Shown: positions 8,676-18,503 of the stretch, in pieces
How the letters are laid out: the number at the start of each line of letters is the position of its first letter
Position numbering within the stretch: the first letter of the stretch is position 1
Position numbers and translations under genes: made by a program
NCBI GenBank assembly: GCA_963796055.1
Contig: CAWCKH010000004.1
Coordinates: 3,200,001-3,264,000 of the forward strand
Direction: 5' to 3'
Source: an uncultured delta proteobacterium
GTDB taxonomy: Bacteria; Myxococcota; Myxococcia; Myxococcales; Myxococcaceae
Length of the DNA: 64,000 nucleotides
The notes under the pieces: model-generated
Told to the model about the DNA's origin: nothing
Database searches by the model: none
What the model saw: the letters and a program-made list of their open reading frames with translations, nothing else

Positions 8676-9419
8676 ATGGCCTCAGCAACCCGTTCCGAAA
8701 GTCTTTCCTCGTACCTCCGCCAGATTGGCGGCCGCCCCCAGCTCACCCGGGAGCAGGAGTACGAGCTCGCCCGGCGCGCCCGAAAGGGTGACGCCTCGGC
8801 CCGGGACACGCTCGCCCTCTCGAACCTCCCCTTCGTGGTGGCGGTCGCCAAGAAGTTCGCTCACCGCGGGGCCCGGCTGGATGACCTGGTCCAGGAGGGC
8901 AACGTCGGCCTGATGAAGGCCATCGAGCACTTCGACCCGAAGAAGAACGTCCGCTTCGCCACCTACGCGGTGTGGTGGATCCGCGCGTACATCACCCGGT
9001 TCCTGAAGGACAACCGCAGCCAGGTGCGCGGTGGCGAGTCCGAGCGCGGCTCGATGGTGGACTTCAGCCTCGATACGGCCATCGACGAGGACGGCGACAC
9101 CACCTTCCTCGACCGGCTCGAGGAGCCCGGCCAGGGCCCCCAGGACACCTTCCTCGGCAAGGAGCAGGACGCCGACGTGCAGGAGGCCCTCGCCAAGGTG
9201 CGCAAGCGCATCGGCGACCTCGGCTGGGACATCGTCCAGGAGCGGCTCACCCAGGACAAGCCGCGGACCCTCGAGGAGCTGGGCCAGCGGTGGGGCGTCA
9301 GCCGTGAGCGGGTGCGGCAGGTGGAGCTGAAGACGAAGCACTTCCTCGCCCGGTACCTCTCCGCGTTCAACCAGGACGAGGAGCAGCTCGACATGCCGGC
9401 GGAGGCCGACGCGGCCTGA
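8676..9419 (+). CDS. sigD: Sigma-70 family alternative sigma factor, myxobacterial SigD-like
   Basis: Region 2 (DLVQEGNVGLMKAIEHFDP..RFATYAVWWIRAYI) and region 4 (TLEELGQRWGVSRERVRQVE); shortened region 3; strong SD AGGAGG at 8661; sigD name from recalled similarity to M. xanthus. Confidence 0.85.
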   Translation: MASATRSESLSSYLRQIGGRPQLTREQEYELARRARKGDASARDTLALSNLPFVVAVAKKFAHRGARLDDLVQEGNVGLMKAIEHFDPKKNVRFATYAVWWIRAYITRFLKDNRSQVRGGESERGSMVDFSLDTAIDEDGDTTFLDRLEEPGQGPQDTFLGKEQDADVQEALAKVRKRIGDLGWDIVQERLTQDKPRTLEELGQRWGVSRERVRQVELKTKHFLARYLSAFNQDEEQLDMPAEADAA

Positions 9420-9525
9420 GACAGCGCCCCGGTCGTCGGGGTGTCGCACAGGGGTTGACGCAGCGCGGCAGCGCCCTGCTGCTTCCTTGCGAGTGCGGAC
9501 GGCCGCGTGTTACGCGGGCCGTTCC

Positions 9526-10302
9526 ATGCGCTGGACGTGTCTGCTCGTCTCGTTGATCTGTCCAGTGTTGTGTCTGGCCGCTGACGGTGCAGACGCCGGA
9601 AGTCCCTCGACCTCGGGTGACCCCACCCTGGCTGCCCTCGACGCCCTGTGGCACGAACGGGGAGACCCGGCGAAGGCCGAGGAGGGCATTCGCCAGGCAA
9701 GCGCTGCGGTGGCGGCGAAACCGGACGACGTCGAGCGGATGTTCCGGCTCGCCCGCGCCACCCTCTGGGTGGGCGACGGCGAGGAGAACAACGACCGCAA
9801 GCAGAAGCTCGGCCGGGAGGTCTGGGAGGTCGGTGACCGGATCGTGAAGGCGAGGCCCGCCTGGGTCGGCGGGCACTACTACGCGGCCGCGGGCATCGGG
9901 ATCTACAGCCAGGCGGTGGGAATTCTCAAAGCGCTCGGCGAAGGCCTGGAGAGCAAGTTCAACGAGCGGCTGGACAAGGCGATCGAGATCGATCCGCGGT
10001 TCCAGCACGAGATGCCGCTCATCGCCAAGGGCCGGTACTACTTCGAGCTGCCCTGGCCGAAGCGGAACCTTGGCAAGTCGGCCAACTGGTACCGCAAGGC
10101 GCTGGCCCTCGATCCGAACAATCTGCGGGCCACGGCCTGGCTCGCGGAGACGCTCTGGCGCGATGGTGACGTTGCCGGCGCCCGGGCTCAGCTGGCGAAG
10201 GTGGAGGAAGGTCACGTTCCCGGCGACCCGGCCGAGGAGGCGCGGGTCAAATCCATCGCGCGGAAGATTGCCGCGCAGATGGACAAGGAGGGTGCACGAT
10301 GA
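9526..10302 (+). CDS. Exported tetratricopeptide-repeat protein
   Basis: N-terminal signal peptide; TPR-like helices (YRKALALDPNN); stop overlaps next ATG. Confidence 0.75.
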   Translation: MRWTCLLVSLICPVLCLAADGADAGSPSTSGDPTLAALDALWHERGDPAKAEEGIRQASAAVAAKPDDVERMFRLARATLWVGDGEENNDRKQKLGREVWEVGDRIVKARPAWVGGHYYAAAGIGIYSQAVGILKALGEGLESKFNERLDKAIEIDPRFQHEMPLIAKGRYYFELPWPKRNLGKSANWYRKALALDPNNLRATAWLAETLWRDGDVAGARAQLAKVEEGHVPGDPAEEARVKSIARKIAAQMDKEGAR

Positions 10303-12158
10303 GAGCCGAGAGCCAGGTGGCGAGCCCGGCGTCCAAGGGCGGAACGCTGCTGCATCTGCTCCAGGAGCGTGCGGCGCGGACCCCCAAGCAGGAGGCGGCG
10401 ACCCACAAGAAGTTCGGCAAGTGGACCCACGTCGACTGGGAGACCATCCTCGGCGACGTCCGTCATCTGTCGGCCGCGCTGGTCGCACGCGGCATCCAGC
10501 CCGGCGACCGGGTGGCGATCTTCGCCGACAGCTCGCTGCCGTGGTGCGTGGTGGACCTGGCGATCTGCGCTTCCCGGGCGATCACCGTCCCCATCTACGC
10601 CTCGAACACGCCGGACGAGGTGAAGTACGTGCTGCAGCACTCGGGCTCGGTGATGCTCTTCGTCGACCACGACCGGAGCAGCGGGAAGCAGCCCGGACGC
10701 TTCACCCGGGCCAGGTCGATCCTCTCCGACAGCCCGTCGGTGCGGACGATGGTGACGATGGAGGAGGAAGGGACGGGGGCCGAGGTGTCGATGGCCAAGC
10801 TGCTGGCCGAGGGCACCGCGCTCGATCAAAAGGATCCCCGGAAGTTCGAGGAGCGGGTCGGCGCGCTGCGGATGGATGACCCGTGCTGCTTCATCTACAC
10901 CTCGGGCACCACCGGCGCGCCCAAGGGCGTGATGCTGACGCACGGGAACCTGGGGTACGAGGCGAAGGCGCTCACCACACTTCAAGTCTTGCGTCCGGAC
11001 GACGCGGTGATGCTCTTCCTGCCGCTGGCGCACAGCTTCGCCCAGGACGTGAAGGCGGCCTGGATCGGGCTCGGCTACCGGATGATCTTCGCCCAGAGCA
11101 CGGACACCCTGCTCGCCGACATCGGCGAGACCTCGCCGACCATCCTCCCGGCGGTGCCGCGGATCTTCGAGAAGATCTACAACGCCGTCGTCTCCGGAGG
11201 CATGTCCAAGCCTGGGGTGGCGGGGAAGCTGTTCCGCTGGGCGATGCGGCTGTTCGAGGAGTCGGTCGACGCCCGGCTGCAGGGCCGGAGCTACGACTCG
11301 CTCTCGCTGACGCTGGCGAGGAAGCTGGTGTTCAGCAAGGTGAAGGCCACCCTGGACCAGAAGCTCGGCGGGCGGATGCGGCTGTTCGTCTCGGGCGGCG
11401 CGCCGCTCTCACGGAAGATCGCCTTCTTCTTCGACATGCTCGGCTTCGAGGTCCTCGAGGGCTACGGGCTGACCGAGACCACCGGGGCGGCGACGGTCAA
11501 TCCGCCGGGCCGGGCGCGGATCGGGACGGTGGGGCCGCCGATGCCGGGCTGCGAGCTGAAGATCGCCTCGGACGGGGAGATCCTCATGCGGGGACCGAAC
11601 GTGATGAAGGGCTACTACAACGCACCCGAAGCGACCCGGGAGATCCTGGAGCCGGACGGGTGGTTGCACTCCGGCGACATCGGGGAGATCGACCCCGTGG
11701 GCTTCGTGCGGATCACCGACCGGAAGAAGGACATCATCGTCACCGCCGGCGGAAAGAACGTCGCCCCGCAGAACCTCGAGAACAGCCTCAAGACCTTCCC
11801 CCTGATCAGCCAGGCCATGGTGCACGGCGACAAGCGGAAGTACCTCTCGGTGCTGATCGCAGTGAACGAGGAGGCGGCGCGGAAGCTGCTCCAGGAGTCG
11901 GGCATCACCCCGCCGGCCGCGTACGCCGAGGTGGCGGCGCGGCCGGAGATCGTCGCCGCGGTGCAGAAGGTGCTGGACACGTTCAACGCGCACGAGCCGC
12001 CCTACAACCAGCTCAAGCGCTTCCACGTCATGGACCACGACTTCACCCAGGACTCGGGCGAGCTGACGCCCACCCTCAAGGTGAAGCGGAAGGCCTGCAC
12101 CCAGCGTTACCAGCCGCTCCTCGACGGGCTCTACGACGGCGAGAAGATCGCCGACTGA
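10299..12158 (+). CDS. Long-chain fatty acid--CoA ligase (AMP-binding)
   Basis: IYTSGTTGAPKGV, EGYGLTET, GWLHSGDIG, DRKKDII, ELTPTLKVKR. Confidence 0.95.
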   Translation: MRAESQVASPASKGGTLLHLLQERAARTPKQEAATHKKFGKWTHVDWETILGDVRHLSAALVARGIQPGDRVAIFADSSLPWCVVDLAICASRAITVPIYASNTPDEVKYVLQHSGSVMLFVDHDRSSGKQPGRFTRARSILSDSPSVRTMVTMEEEGTGAEVSMAKLLAEGTALDQKDPRKFEERVGALRMDDPCCFIYTSGTTGAPKGVMLTHGNLGYEAKALTTLQVLRPDDAVMLFLPLAHSFAQDVKAAWIGLGYRMIFAQSTDTLLADIGETSPTILPAVPRIFEKIYNAVVSGGMSKPGVAGKLFRWAMRLFEESVDARLQGRSYDSLSLTLARKLVFSKVKATLDQKLGGRMRLFVSGGAPLSRKIAFFFDMLGFEVLEGYGLTETTGAATVNPPGRARIGTVGPPMPGCELKIASDGEILMRGPNVMKGYYNAPEATREILEPDGWLHSGDIGEIDPVGFVRITDRKKDIIVTAGGKNVAPQNLENSLKTFPLISQAMVHGDKRKYLSVLIAVNEEAARKLLQESGITPPAAYAEVAARPEIVAAVQKVLDTFNAHEPPYNQLKRFHVMDHDFTQDSGELTPTLKVKRKACTQRYQPLLDGLYDGEKIAD

Positions 12159-12269
12159 CGGCGCGCGGCCCGGGTCCGGCGAAGGCACCCGTCGTGACAC
12201 CCGTTCGGTGCGACGGCGCACGGCGGGAATGCGGTGGTGAACGACGAAGGGCGGTCGGCCGGGGGTGGC

Positions 12270-12515
12270 TCAGGCATCCTTGCTGGCGGATGCGGGCGCG
12301 CGGGTCCCGGTCTTGTTCGCATCCGGGCCACCGGTGCTGAGGGCGTCCTGGCGCTGCGCGTCGGCCTGGGCTTCTTGATCCCCGCCGAATCCCTTCTTGA
12401 AGTTCCGGATGGCCTGGCCGAGCGAGGAGCCGAGCTGGGGCAGCTTGGTGCCTCCGAAGAGGACCAGAATGACCAGGAAGATGATCAGCAGCTCACCCAT
12501 CTTGAGACCGAACAT
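12270..12515 (-). CDS. tatA: Twin-arginine translocase TatA/TatE subunit
   Basis: MFGLKMGELLIIFLVILVLFGGTKLPQLGSSLGQAIRNFKKG. Confidence 0.93.
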   Translation of the reverse strand: MFGLKMGELLIIFLVILVLFGGTKLPQLGSSLGQAIRNFKKGFGGDQEAQADAQRQDALSTGGPDANKTGTRAPASASKDA

Positions 12516-12870
12516 AGACCAACCTTGTGGTGGGACAGTACGAGGGTAGACACCATCCCTAACGCTCACGCAAGCGCCTGGCCTGGCTGACGGTCGGCAC
12601 CCCACGCGATGCCCACCCGGGCCCGACCGCCATGGGCTTGCACCAGCCAGGAACTCCCAGCCGCTGAGCGCTCGGTCCACGTTGCGGAGCATCACCTCCA
12701 CCGCGGGCCGCGCGCGCGCTCGTCGAGCGCCCAGCGCGGCGAGAGCAGCAGGGCCGCGGCTTCCGGGCGTCCACGGGCCAACGGCGCGACACTCCGGCGA
12801 TGTACTCTTGTGCGAGGTTCACCTCGGCCCGATGCACAATCCGTTGAAATCCGGGCAGCGGATCGGAGCG

Positions 12871-13266
12871 ATGGTCGGAAAGCCCTCCAGACACGCGCAG
12901 GGAGATCCGCGACGGGTCCTGGTCGTCGACGACGACCCGGACATCCTCGACGCGCTCAGCGAGATCCTCGAGGTCGAGGGCTACGAGGTGCAGCGGGCCC
13001 GCAACGGGCGCGAGGCGCTGCAGCAGCTCGAGCAGGGACTTCCCGACCTGGTCCTGCTCGACCTCATGATGCCGGTGATGGATGGCTGGGAGTTTGCGCG
13101 CAGCCTCTCACCGGGCGCTCGCCCTCCGATCATCGTCCTCAGCGCCGACCGCAACGTGTCTTCCAAGGCGAAGGAGATCGGTGCCCTGGGCTGGCTGGCC
13201 AAGCCGTTCGAGCTGACCGAGCTGCTCTCGGCCGTCCGGCAAGCGCTTCCCTCCCGGACGCCTTGA
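12871..13266 (+). CDS. Single-domain response regulator
   Basis: VLVVDDD, DLVLLDLMMPVMDG, LSA, KPF; start uncertain (12832 also possible). Confidence 0.92.
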   Translation: MVGKPSRHAQGDPRRVLVVDDDPDILDALSEILEVEGYEVQRARNGREALQQLEQGLPDLVLLDLMMPVMDGWEFARSLSPGARPPIIVLSADRNVSSKAKEIGALGWLAKPFELTELLSAVRQALPSRTP

Positions 13267-13321
13267 CGCGTCGCGTGGCCGGTCGCTACGGTCCGCGCGT
13301 CCTTTTTGATTCGCCAATCAG
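13263..13321 (+). promoter_or_regulatory. Putative sigma-70 promoter with downstream palindromic operator
   Basis: TTGACG (13263) - 18 nt - TACGGT (13287); operator-like TTGATTCGCCAATCAG at 13306-13321. Confidence 0.45.
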
Positions 13322-13346
13322 CGCGAGCCCCCGCAGGAGACGGCAC

Positions 13347-13679
13347 ATGTCGGATACCCCGAAGAGCATCCTGGAGCAGCACATCCCCGAGCTTCTGTCG
13401 GCCAAGCCCGAGCTGGCGAAGGAGCTGAACGCGGTCGTTCACTTCGTCATCACCGGGGACCAGGGCGGGACCTGGACCCTGGACGCCACCAAGGCCTCCG
13501 ACTGGGTGAGGAGTGGTGCGGAGGGCACGCCGAAGATGACGGTCACGGTGAGCGACCAGGACTTCGTGAAGATCCGCAACAAGCAGCTGAACGCGCAGAT
13601 GGCCGCGATGCAGGGCAAGCTGAAGTTCAAGCCCATGGACATGGGCCTGGCGATGAAGCTCGGAAAGCTGCTGACCTGA
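13347..13679 (+). CDS. SCP2 sterol/lipid-binding domain protein
   Basis: SD AGGAGA; FVITGDQGGTWTLD, QMAAMQGKLKFKPMDMGLAMKL. Confidence 0.9.
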   Translation: MSDTPKSILEQHIPELLSAKPELAKELNAVVHFVITGDQGGTWTLDATKASDWVRSGAEGTPKMTVTVSDQDFVKIRNKQLNAQMAAMQGKLKFKPMDMGLAMKLGKLLT

Positions 13680-13711
13680 GCCGCTCCGCAGAGGTCGTTG
13701 GCGCTCCGAAC

Positions 13712-14824
13712 CTGCCGCTCTCGGGCGTCCGGGTGCTCGACCTGACGCGCCTGGCGCCGGGACCGTACGCCACGCTGGTCCTGGCAGACCTCGGCGCCGA
13801 CGTGGTGAAGCTCGAGCCGCCCGAGGGGGACGGCACGCGCCTCATGCCACCCGGAGGGGCGGGCGAGCTCTTCGCGGCGCTGAACCGGGGCAAGCGCTCG
13901 CTGGTTCTGGACCTCAAGCAGCCCGGGGCGGTCGGCGCAGTGCGGGCATTGCTCCGGCGCTGCGACGTGCTGGTGGAGGGATTCCGGCCTGGGGTCATGG
14001 ACCGCCTGGGCCTCGGACACGCGGCGCTCCTCGACGCCTTCCCGCGGCTGGTGGTCTGTGCGCTCTCGGGCTTCGGGCAGACGGGGCCAGACCGGGGGCG
14101 AGCGGGGCACGACCTGGGGTACGTGGCGCGGGCGGGGCTCCTGACGATGGGCGGCCGGGGGGGCGAGCCGGCAATTCCGGGCCCCCAGGTCGCGGACATC
14201 GGCGGAGCCTGGGTGGCGGTGAGCGGCATCCTGGCGGCGCTGCTCGGGCGGGCGGCCACGGGGCGTGGTCGCCTGGTCGACGTGTCGCTGGTGGAGTCGG
14301 CGACCTCCTTCGCCACGTTGCACCTCGGGCCAGCGCTGCTCGGCGTGCCGGTGCCCCCCGCGGGGGAGGGGGCGCTCGACGGGGGACTCCCCTCGTACGG
14401 TCTGTACCGCACGGCGGACGACCGCTGGCTGGCGGTGGCGGCGCTCGAGCCCAGGTTCTTCGCCGCGCTCTGTGAACGGCTCGGGCTCGGCGACCTGACC
14501 GCCGAGGCGTATGGCGGTGGCGAGGGGCCCGAGCGCGTGCGCCGGGTGCTGGCGCGGACCTTCGCCGGCGCGCCGCTCGCGGCGTGGCAGCAGCGTCTGG
14601 CAGGGCTCGATGCCTGCGTGGAGCCGGTGCTGCTGCCCGACGAGGTCTGCCGCGACGCGCACCTCGCGGACCGTGGCCTGTTTCCCCGCCCGGGCGTGCT
14701 GGCGACTCCGCTCCGGCTCGGCCCACCCGCTGCGGCGCCGGCCCCGCGTCTGGGCGAGCACACCCGCGAGGTCCTGACCGAGGCGGGACTCACCCCGGCC
14801 GAGATCGACGCCCTCGTCCCCTGA
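13712..14824 (+). CDS. CaiB/BaiF family III CoA-transferase (alpha-methylacyl-CoA racemase-like)
   Basis: [60 protein letters not shown]; conserved N-terminus begins before the first GTG (13733), so start uncertain. Confidence 0.92.
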   Translation: MPLSGVRVLDLTRLAPGPYATLVLADLGADVVKLEPPEGDGTRLMPPGGAGELFAALNRGKRSLVLDLKQPGAVGAVRALLRRCDVLVEGFRPGVMDRLGLGHAALLDAFPRLVVCALSGFGQTGPDRGRAGHDLGYVARAGLLTMGGRGGEPAIPGPQVADIGGAWVAVSGILAALLGRAATGRGRLVDVSLVESATSFATLHLGPALLGVPVPPAGEGALDGGLPSYGLYRTADDRWLAVAALEPRFFAALCERLGLGDLTAEAYGGGEGPERVRRVLARTFAGAPLAAWQQRLAGLDACVEPVLLPDEVCRDAHLADRGLFPRPGVLATPLRLGPPAAAPAPRLGEHTREVLTEAGLTPAEIDALVP

Positions 14825-14985
14825 CCCCGACCGGTTGGGCAGTCGTTCCAGGCGCTTACGGGTCCTTACGCGTTTGCCCGGCTCGCCCGCACGCTCGACC
14901 CGCGGGGCTCCCCGACGCTCCAGCCAGCTGGGACCTCGGGCTGACCGGAAGCCGACGCTGGGCTTGCGCGCCTCGGGCGGCTGTC

Positions 14986-15003
14986 ATTGACTCAAGAATC
15001 AAT
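14986..15003. promoter_or_regulatory. Palindromic operator-like site upstream of acyl-CoA dehydrogenase
   Basis: ATTGACTCAAGAATCAAT, 14/18 self-complementary, AT-rich in a GC-rich background, similar to the 13306 site. Confidence 0.5.
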
Positions 15004-15018
15004 CCGTTGGAGGTCCGG

Positions 15019-16167
15019 GTGGCGACGAACCAGAATCCGTTCACCGAGGAGCACGAGGCGTTCCGGAGGAGCGTCCGCGCGTGGGTGGAGAAGGAGCTGA
15101 CCCCCCACGCCCTGGAGTGGGACCGCGCCGGGATCTTTCCGCGCGAGGTCTTCAAGCGCGCCGGCGAGCTCGGCTTCCTCGGCGCGAACCACGATCCGAA
15201 GTGGGGGGGCTCGGGGGGCGACTACTGGTTCGTCATCGCGCTCACCGAGGAGCTCGCCCGGAGCCAGAACGCCGGGGTGAACATGGCGCTCCTGGTCCAG
15301 GCGCAGATCGCCACGCCGGTGATCGGCACCCTCGGCACCGACGAGCAGAAGCGCGAGTTCCTGGCGCCGGCGCTCGCCGGAGATCGCATCGGGGCCCTGG
15401 GGGTGAGCGAGCCTGGATGCGGCTCGGACGTGGCGAGCATCCGCACCACGGCGCGCAAGGTGGGCGACGAGTACGTGATCAACGGCAGCAAGATGTGGAT
15501 CACCAACGGGACCCGCGCCGACTTCATCACCCTCGCGGTGCGGACCGGTGGCCCGGGCCACGAAGGGGTCTCGCTGGTCACCTTCCCCACCGACGTGCGT
15601 GGCTTCAGCGTGAGCAAGAAGCTCGACAAGGTCGGCAACCTCTCCAGTGACACTGCGGTGCTCTACTTCGAGGACTGCCGCATCCCGGCCCGCTACCTCC
15701 TCGGCGAGGAGAACGCTGGCTTCGCCTACATCATGATCAACTTCCAGGGCGAGCGGCTGGTGGCGGCGGTCATCGCGGTGTCCGGCATGGAGATGATGCT
15801 CCAGGACGCCATCCACTACGCCCGCGAGCGCCAGGCCTTCGGGAGGCCGCTGATCGGCTTCCAGGTCTGGCGCCACAGGTTCGCCGAGCACCTGGCCTCG
15901 GTGGAGGCGGCGAAGCGGCTCACCTACCACGCGACCGCGCTGTTCGACGCCGGCCTGGATCCGGTGAAGGAGATCAGCATGGCCAAGCTCGTGGCGGGCG
16001 ATCTGGCGCAGCGGGTGGCCTACGACTGCCAGCAGATCTACGGCGGGATGGGCTACGTCGACGAGACCGCGGTGGCCCGTGCCTGGCGCGACGTCCGGCT
16101 GATCACCATCGGTGGTGGCACGAGCGAGATCATGAAGGAGATCATCGTCAAGCTCGAGGGGCTGTAG
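15019..16167 (+). CDS. Acyl-CoA dehydrogenase
   Basis: GTG after [51 protein letters not shown]. Confidence 0.95.
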   Translation: MATNQNPFTEEHEAFRRSVRAWVEKELTPHALEWDRAGIFPREVFKRAGELGFLGANHDPKWGGSGGDYWFVIALTEELARSQNAGVNMALLVQAQIATPVIGTLGTDEQKREFLAPALAGDRIGALGVSEPGCGSDVASIRTTARKVGDEYVINGSKMWITNGTRADFITLAVRTGGPGHEGVSLVTFPTDVRGFSVSKKLDKVGNLSSDTAVLYFEDCRIPARYLLGEENAGFAYIMINFQGERLVAAVIAVSGMEMMLQDAIHYARERQAFGRPLIGFQVWRHRFAEHLASVEAAKRLTYHATALFDAGLDPVKEISMAKLVAGDLAQRVAYDCQQIYGGMGYVDETAVARAWRDVRLITIGGGTSEIMKEIIVKLEGL

Positions 16168-16214
16168 GTCCGCTCGCTCATCCGGGGCCCCCTGCAACTC
16201 AGTCGCTCCTCGGG

Positions 16215-16499
16215 CTAGTGCTTGAAGAGCGCGTCCGCGGCCTCGCGCGCGGCCCGGAGCGGGTCCTCGTCGGTGTGCCCGCCCTCGCCGAGCTGGAAGA
16301 ACTCGCAGAAGTTCGCCTGGTCCTTGTCCGCCGGGACCTCGGCGAAGGGCTCCTTGCAGGCCTTGGCGACGGCGGGATCGAAGTGCCGGCACTGCCGGCA
16401 GGCATGGAGATCATGTTCGCAGCGCGGACAGCTGTCCCTGCGACCCACTGCGTTTCCCACCACATCGAGGCGACTGCCGCACCAGGCGCACCCGGGCAT
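16215..16499 (-). CDS. Small cysteine-rich putative metal-binding protein
   Basis: CxxC, CPRC, HACRQC, C and NFCEFF in 94 aa; ends AADALFK. Confidence 0.75.
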   Translation of the reverse strand: MPGCAWCGSRLDVVGNAVGRRDSCPRCEHDLHACRQCRHFDPAVAKACKEPFAEVPADKDQANFCEFFQLGEGGHTDEDPLRAAREAADALFKH

Positions 16500-16562
16500 G
16501 GGCCGTAGAATAGACTACCGGGGAGCAACCGGGCACCCGGAGGGGGAATGTTCGAGCTCCGC

Positions 16563-16928
16563 TCAGCCCACTGGGGAGCCGCGCTCCTGGTGTGGTTCGC
16601 CCATCGCAAGGTCGGCGTGGAGGCGGCCCAGCATCCACAGGAGCCACACGGCGAACAGTCCGCCCAGCGTGCCCAGCGCGCCGAGCAGCTGCAGCCGCTG
16701 CCAGGACTGGACCCGTGACACGACGTCCCTCCGCTGCTGGAAGGTGTCGAGCTGCTGGTCCGCGAACTGCCCGTCGAAAGAGCTGGCAAACGCATCGGCA
16801 TGGGCCCGGGAGCGGACCAGCAGGGCGTCCGACTGCTGCCGGAGCGGCTGCATCCGCACGGTGGACAGGGCCGCCGCGGCGATCGACAGCACCGTCCACG
16901 CCCATGCCAGGAGCACGCCCCGTCTCAT
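16563..16928 (-). CDS. Hypothetical membrane protein (2 TM)
   Basis: Two hydrophobic segments flanking a Q/R-rich helix; fills the gap divergent from rlmE. Confidence 0.55.
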   Translation of the reverse strand: MRRGVLLAWAWTVLSIAAAALSTVRMQPLRQQSDALLVRSRAHADAFASSFDGQFADQQLDTFQQRRDVVSRVQSWQRLQLLGALGTLGGLFAVWLLWMLGRLHADLAMGEPHQERGSPVG

Positions 16929-16967
16929 CGCATCTCTCTGGCCGATGGTATGGAGAGTGTCCGACGC

Positions 16968-17576
16968 ATGGGCAAGCCGTACCGACCGAAGGATCATTAC
17001 TTCCAACGCGCCAAGCAGCGAGGATTCCGGGCGCGAAGCGCGTTCAAGCTCGAGGAGCTGGTGCAGCGCTTCGGACTTCTGCGGCCCGGGGCGCGCGTGC
17101 TGGACCTGGGCGCGGCGCCGGGAGGCTTTCTGCAGGTCATCGCGCGCGTGGTGGGTCCATCCGGCCTCGCGGTCGGGGTGGACCTGGTGCCGCTCCGGCC
17201 GTTCAGCGAGGCATGGGTCCGGACCGCAGTGGTGGACGTGCTGGCCGACGACGCCCAGGCGCAGGTGGAGGCGGTCTCCCCGGGGCCGTACGACGCGGTG
17301 CTCTCGGACATGGCGCCGAAGACCACCGGAGTGCGCGGGACCGACGAGGCACGCTCGCTCCGGCTGGCGGAGCGTGCGCTGGAGCTGGCCCGGGCGCTGG
17401 GCAAGCCCGGGTCGAGCTTCGTGGCGAAGCTCTTCATGGGAGGGGACTTCGAGGCCTTTCGCGGACGGCTGCGCGAGGTGTACCGCGAGGTCAAGGTGGT
17501 GCGGCCCGAGGCCACCCGCTCGGCCAGCGTCGAGGTCTACCTGGTCGGGCTCTGGCTCCGGGTGCCATCCTCCTGA
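16968..17576 (+). CDS. rlmE: 23S rRNA Um2552 2'-O-methyltransferase RlmE/FtsJ
   Basis: FRARSAFKLEE, VLDLGAAPGG, VLSDMAP, FVAKLF, SVEVY (K-D-K-E tetrad). Confidence 0.93.
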   Translation: MGKPYRPKDHYFQRAKQRGFRARSAFKLEELVQRFGLLRPGARVLDLGAAPGGFLQVIARVVGPSGLAVGVDLVPLRPFSEAWVRTAVVDVLADDAQAQVEAVSPGPYDAVLSDMAPKTTGVRGTDEARSLRLAERALELARALGKPGSSFVAKLFMGGDFEAFRGRLREVYREVKVVRPEATRSASVEVYLVGLWLRVPSS

Positions 17577-17655
17577 GCGGTGGAGGGGAAGGGTCGTCTC
17601 GCAGGCGCTCGGGAGCCCATCGTTCGCCGGGCCGTGCTCGCAACCGCTGCCCGGC

Positions 17656-18348
17656 TCAGTAGACCGCGCCCTGGATGTGGAGCCCGGACATGCCCACCAG
17701 CGTCCGCGCCAGCGCGTTGAACGCCGGGTCCCGGGCGAGGGTGTCGCGCTGGAGGATGCGCACCCGGTACTCGCCGGCGCGGGCGCCCTCGAAGAGCCAG
17801 AGCGAGCCGGAGTCGATCCTGGGCAGAGCGGCGGGTGGAGCGGACGGGGTCCAGAGGTGCGCGGCCTCGATGCGGGCCACGAGATCTCGGACCTGTTCGG
17901 CCGTGGCGGTGGCGCTCGACTCCTCGAGCGGGTCGCCGGGGGGAGCGAGGCCCTTGCCGGAGGTCTGGGCGCCGCGAAGCTGTCCGGTGGTGTCCTGTCG
18001 CTCGAAGCGCACGCTGACCGGGTGCGCTCCGGAGCGGATCCACAGCAACCGGACCACCTCGGTGGTCTGCGGGAGGGGAAAGAGCGCGGGCTCCCCCAGC
18101 GCGACGAGCTGGCTCGAGAGCCCGCACGCCAGCGCGCGCTCGGGGGCGCCGGCCGGCGCGAGGGAGCCTTTCGGGAAATCCGCCGGCACGCTGCTCCCGT
18201 CCCCGAGCTCGCAGTCGTCGAAGCTGAGGGAACCCGGCGGGGCCTCCACCCGGGCCGGAGCCGGCCGGTAGACCTCGTGGGCGCACGCTGAGAGGTGGAA
18301 GGCAGACAGCCCGAGAAGAGTTCCCGCGGCGATGACGGAACGCCCCAT
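17656..18348 (-). CDS. Hypothetical lipoprotein
   Basis: MGRSVIAAGTLLGLSAFHLSAC lipobox-like N-terminus; globular remainder with no recognised family. Confidence 0.6.
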   Translation of the reverse strand: MGRSVIAAGTLLGLSAFHLSACAHEVYRPAPARVEAPPGSLSFDDCELGDGSSVPADFPKGSLAPAGAPERALACGLSSQLVALGEPALFPLPQTTEVVRLLWIRSGAHPVSVRFERQDTTGQLRGAQTSGKGLAPPGDPLEESSATATAEQVRDLVARIEAAHLWTPSAPPAALPRIDSGSLWLFEGARAGEYRVRILQRDTLARDPAFNALARTLVGMSGLHIQGAVY

Positions 18349-18503
18349 CCGCTCGACGCTAGGCCCCGAGGAACTCGCTCGCAAACCGAGCAACCGCCCA
18401 GCCGAGCGCGTCCGCGTAACGATGTCGTGTGCGGCGGTGCGCCGGTGTCTCACACGGGCCCCCGGGTCGAACTCTGACCGACCGCTCTGACGAGTCGACA
18501 GGG

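Noticed and set aside
12516..12870. Extra small gene or N-terminal extension of tatA
   Set aside because: No frame gives a convincing protein; TatA normally begins at its TM helix; probably divergent promoter DNA
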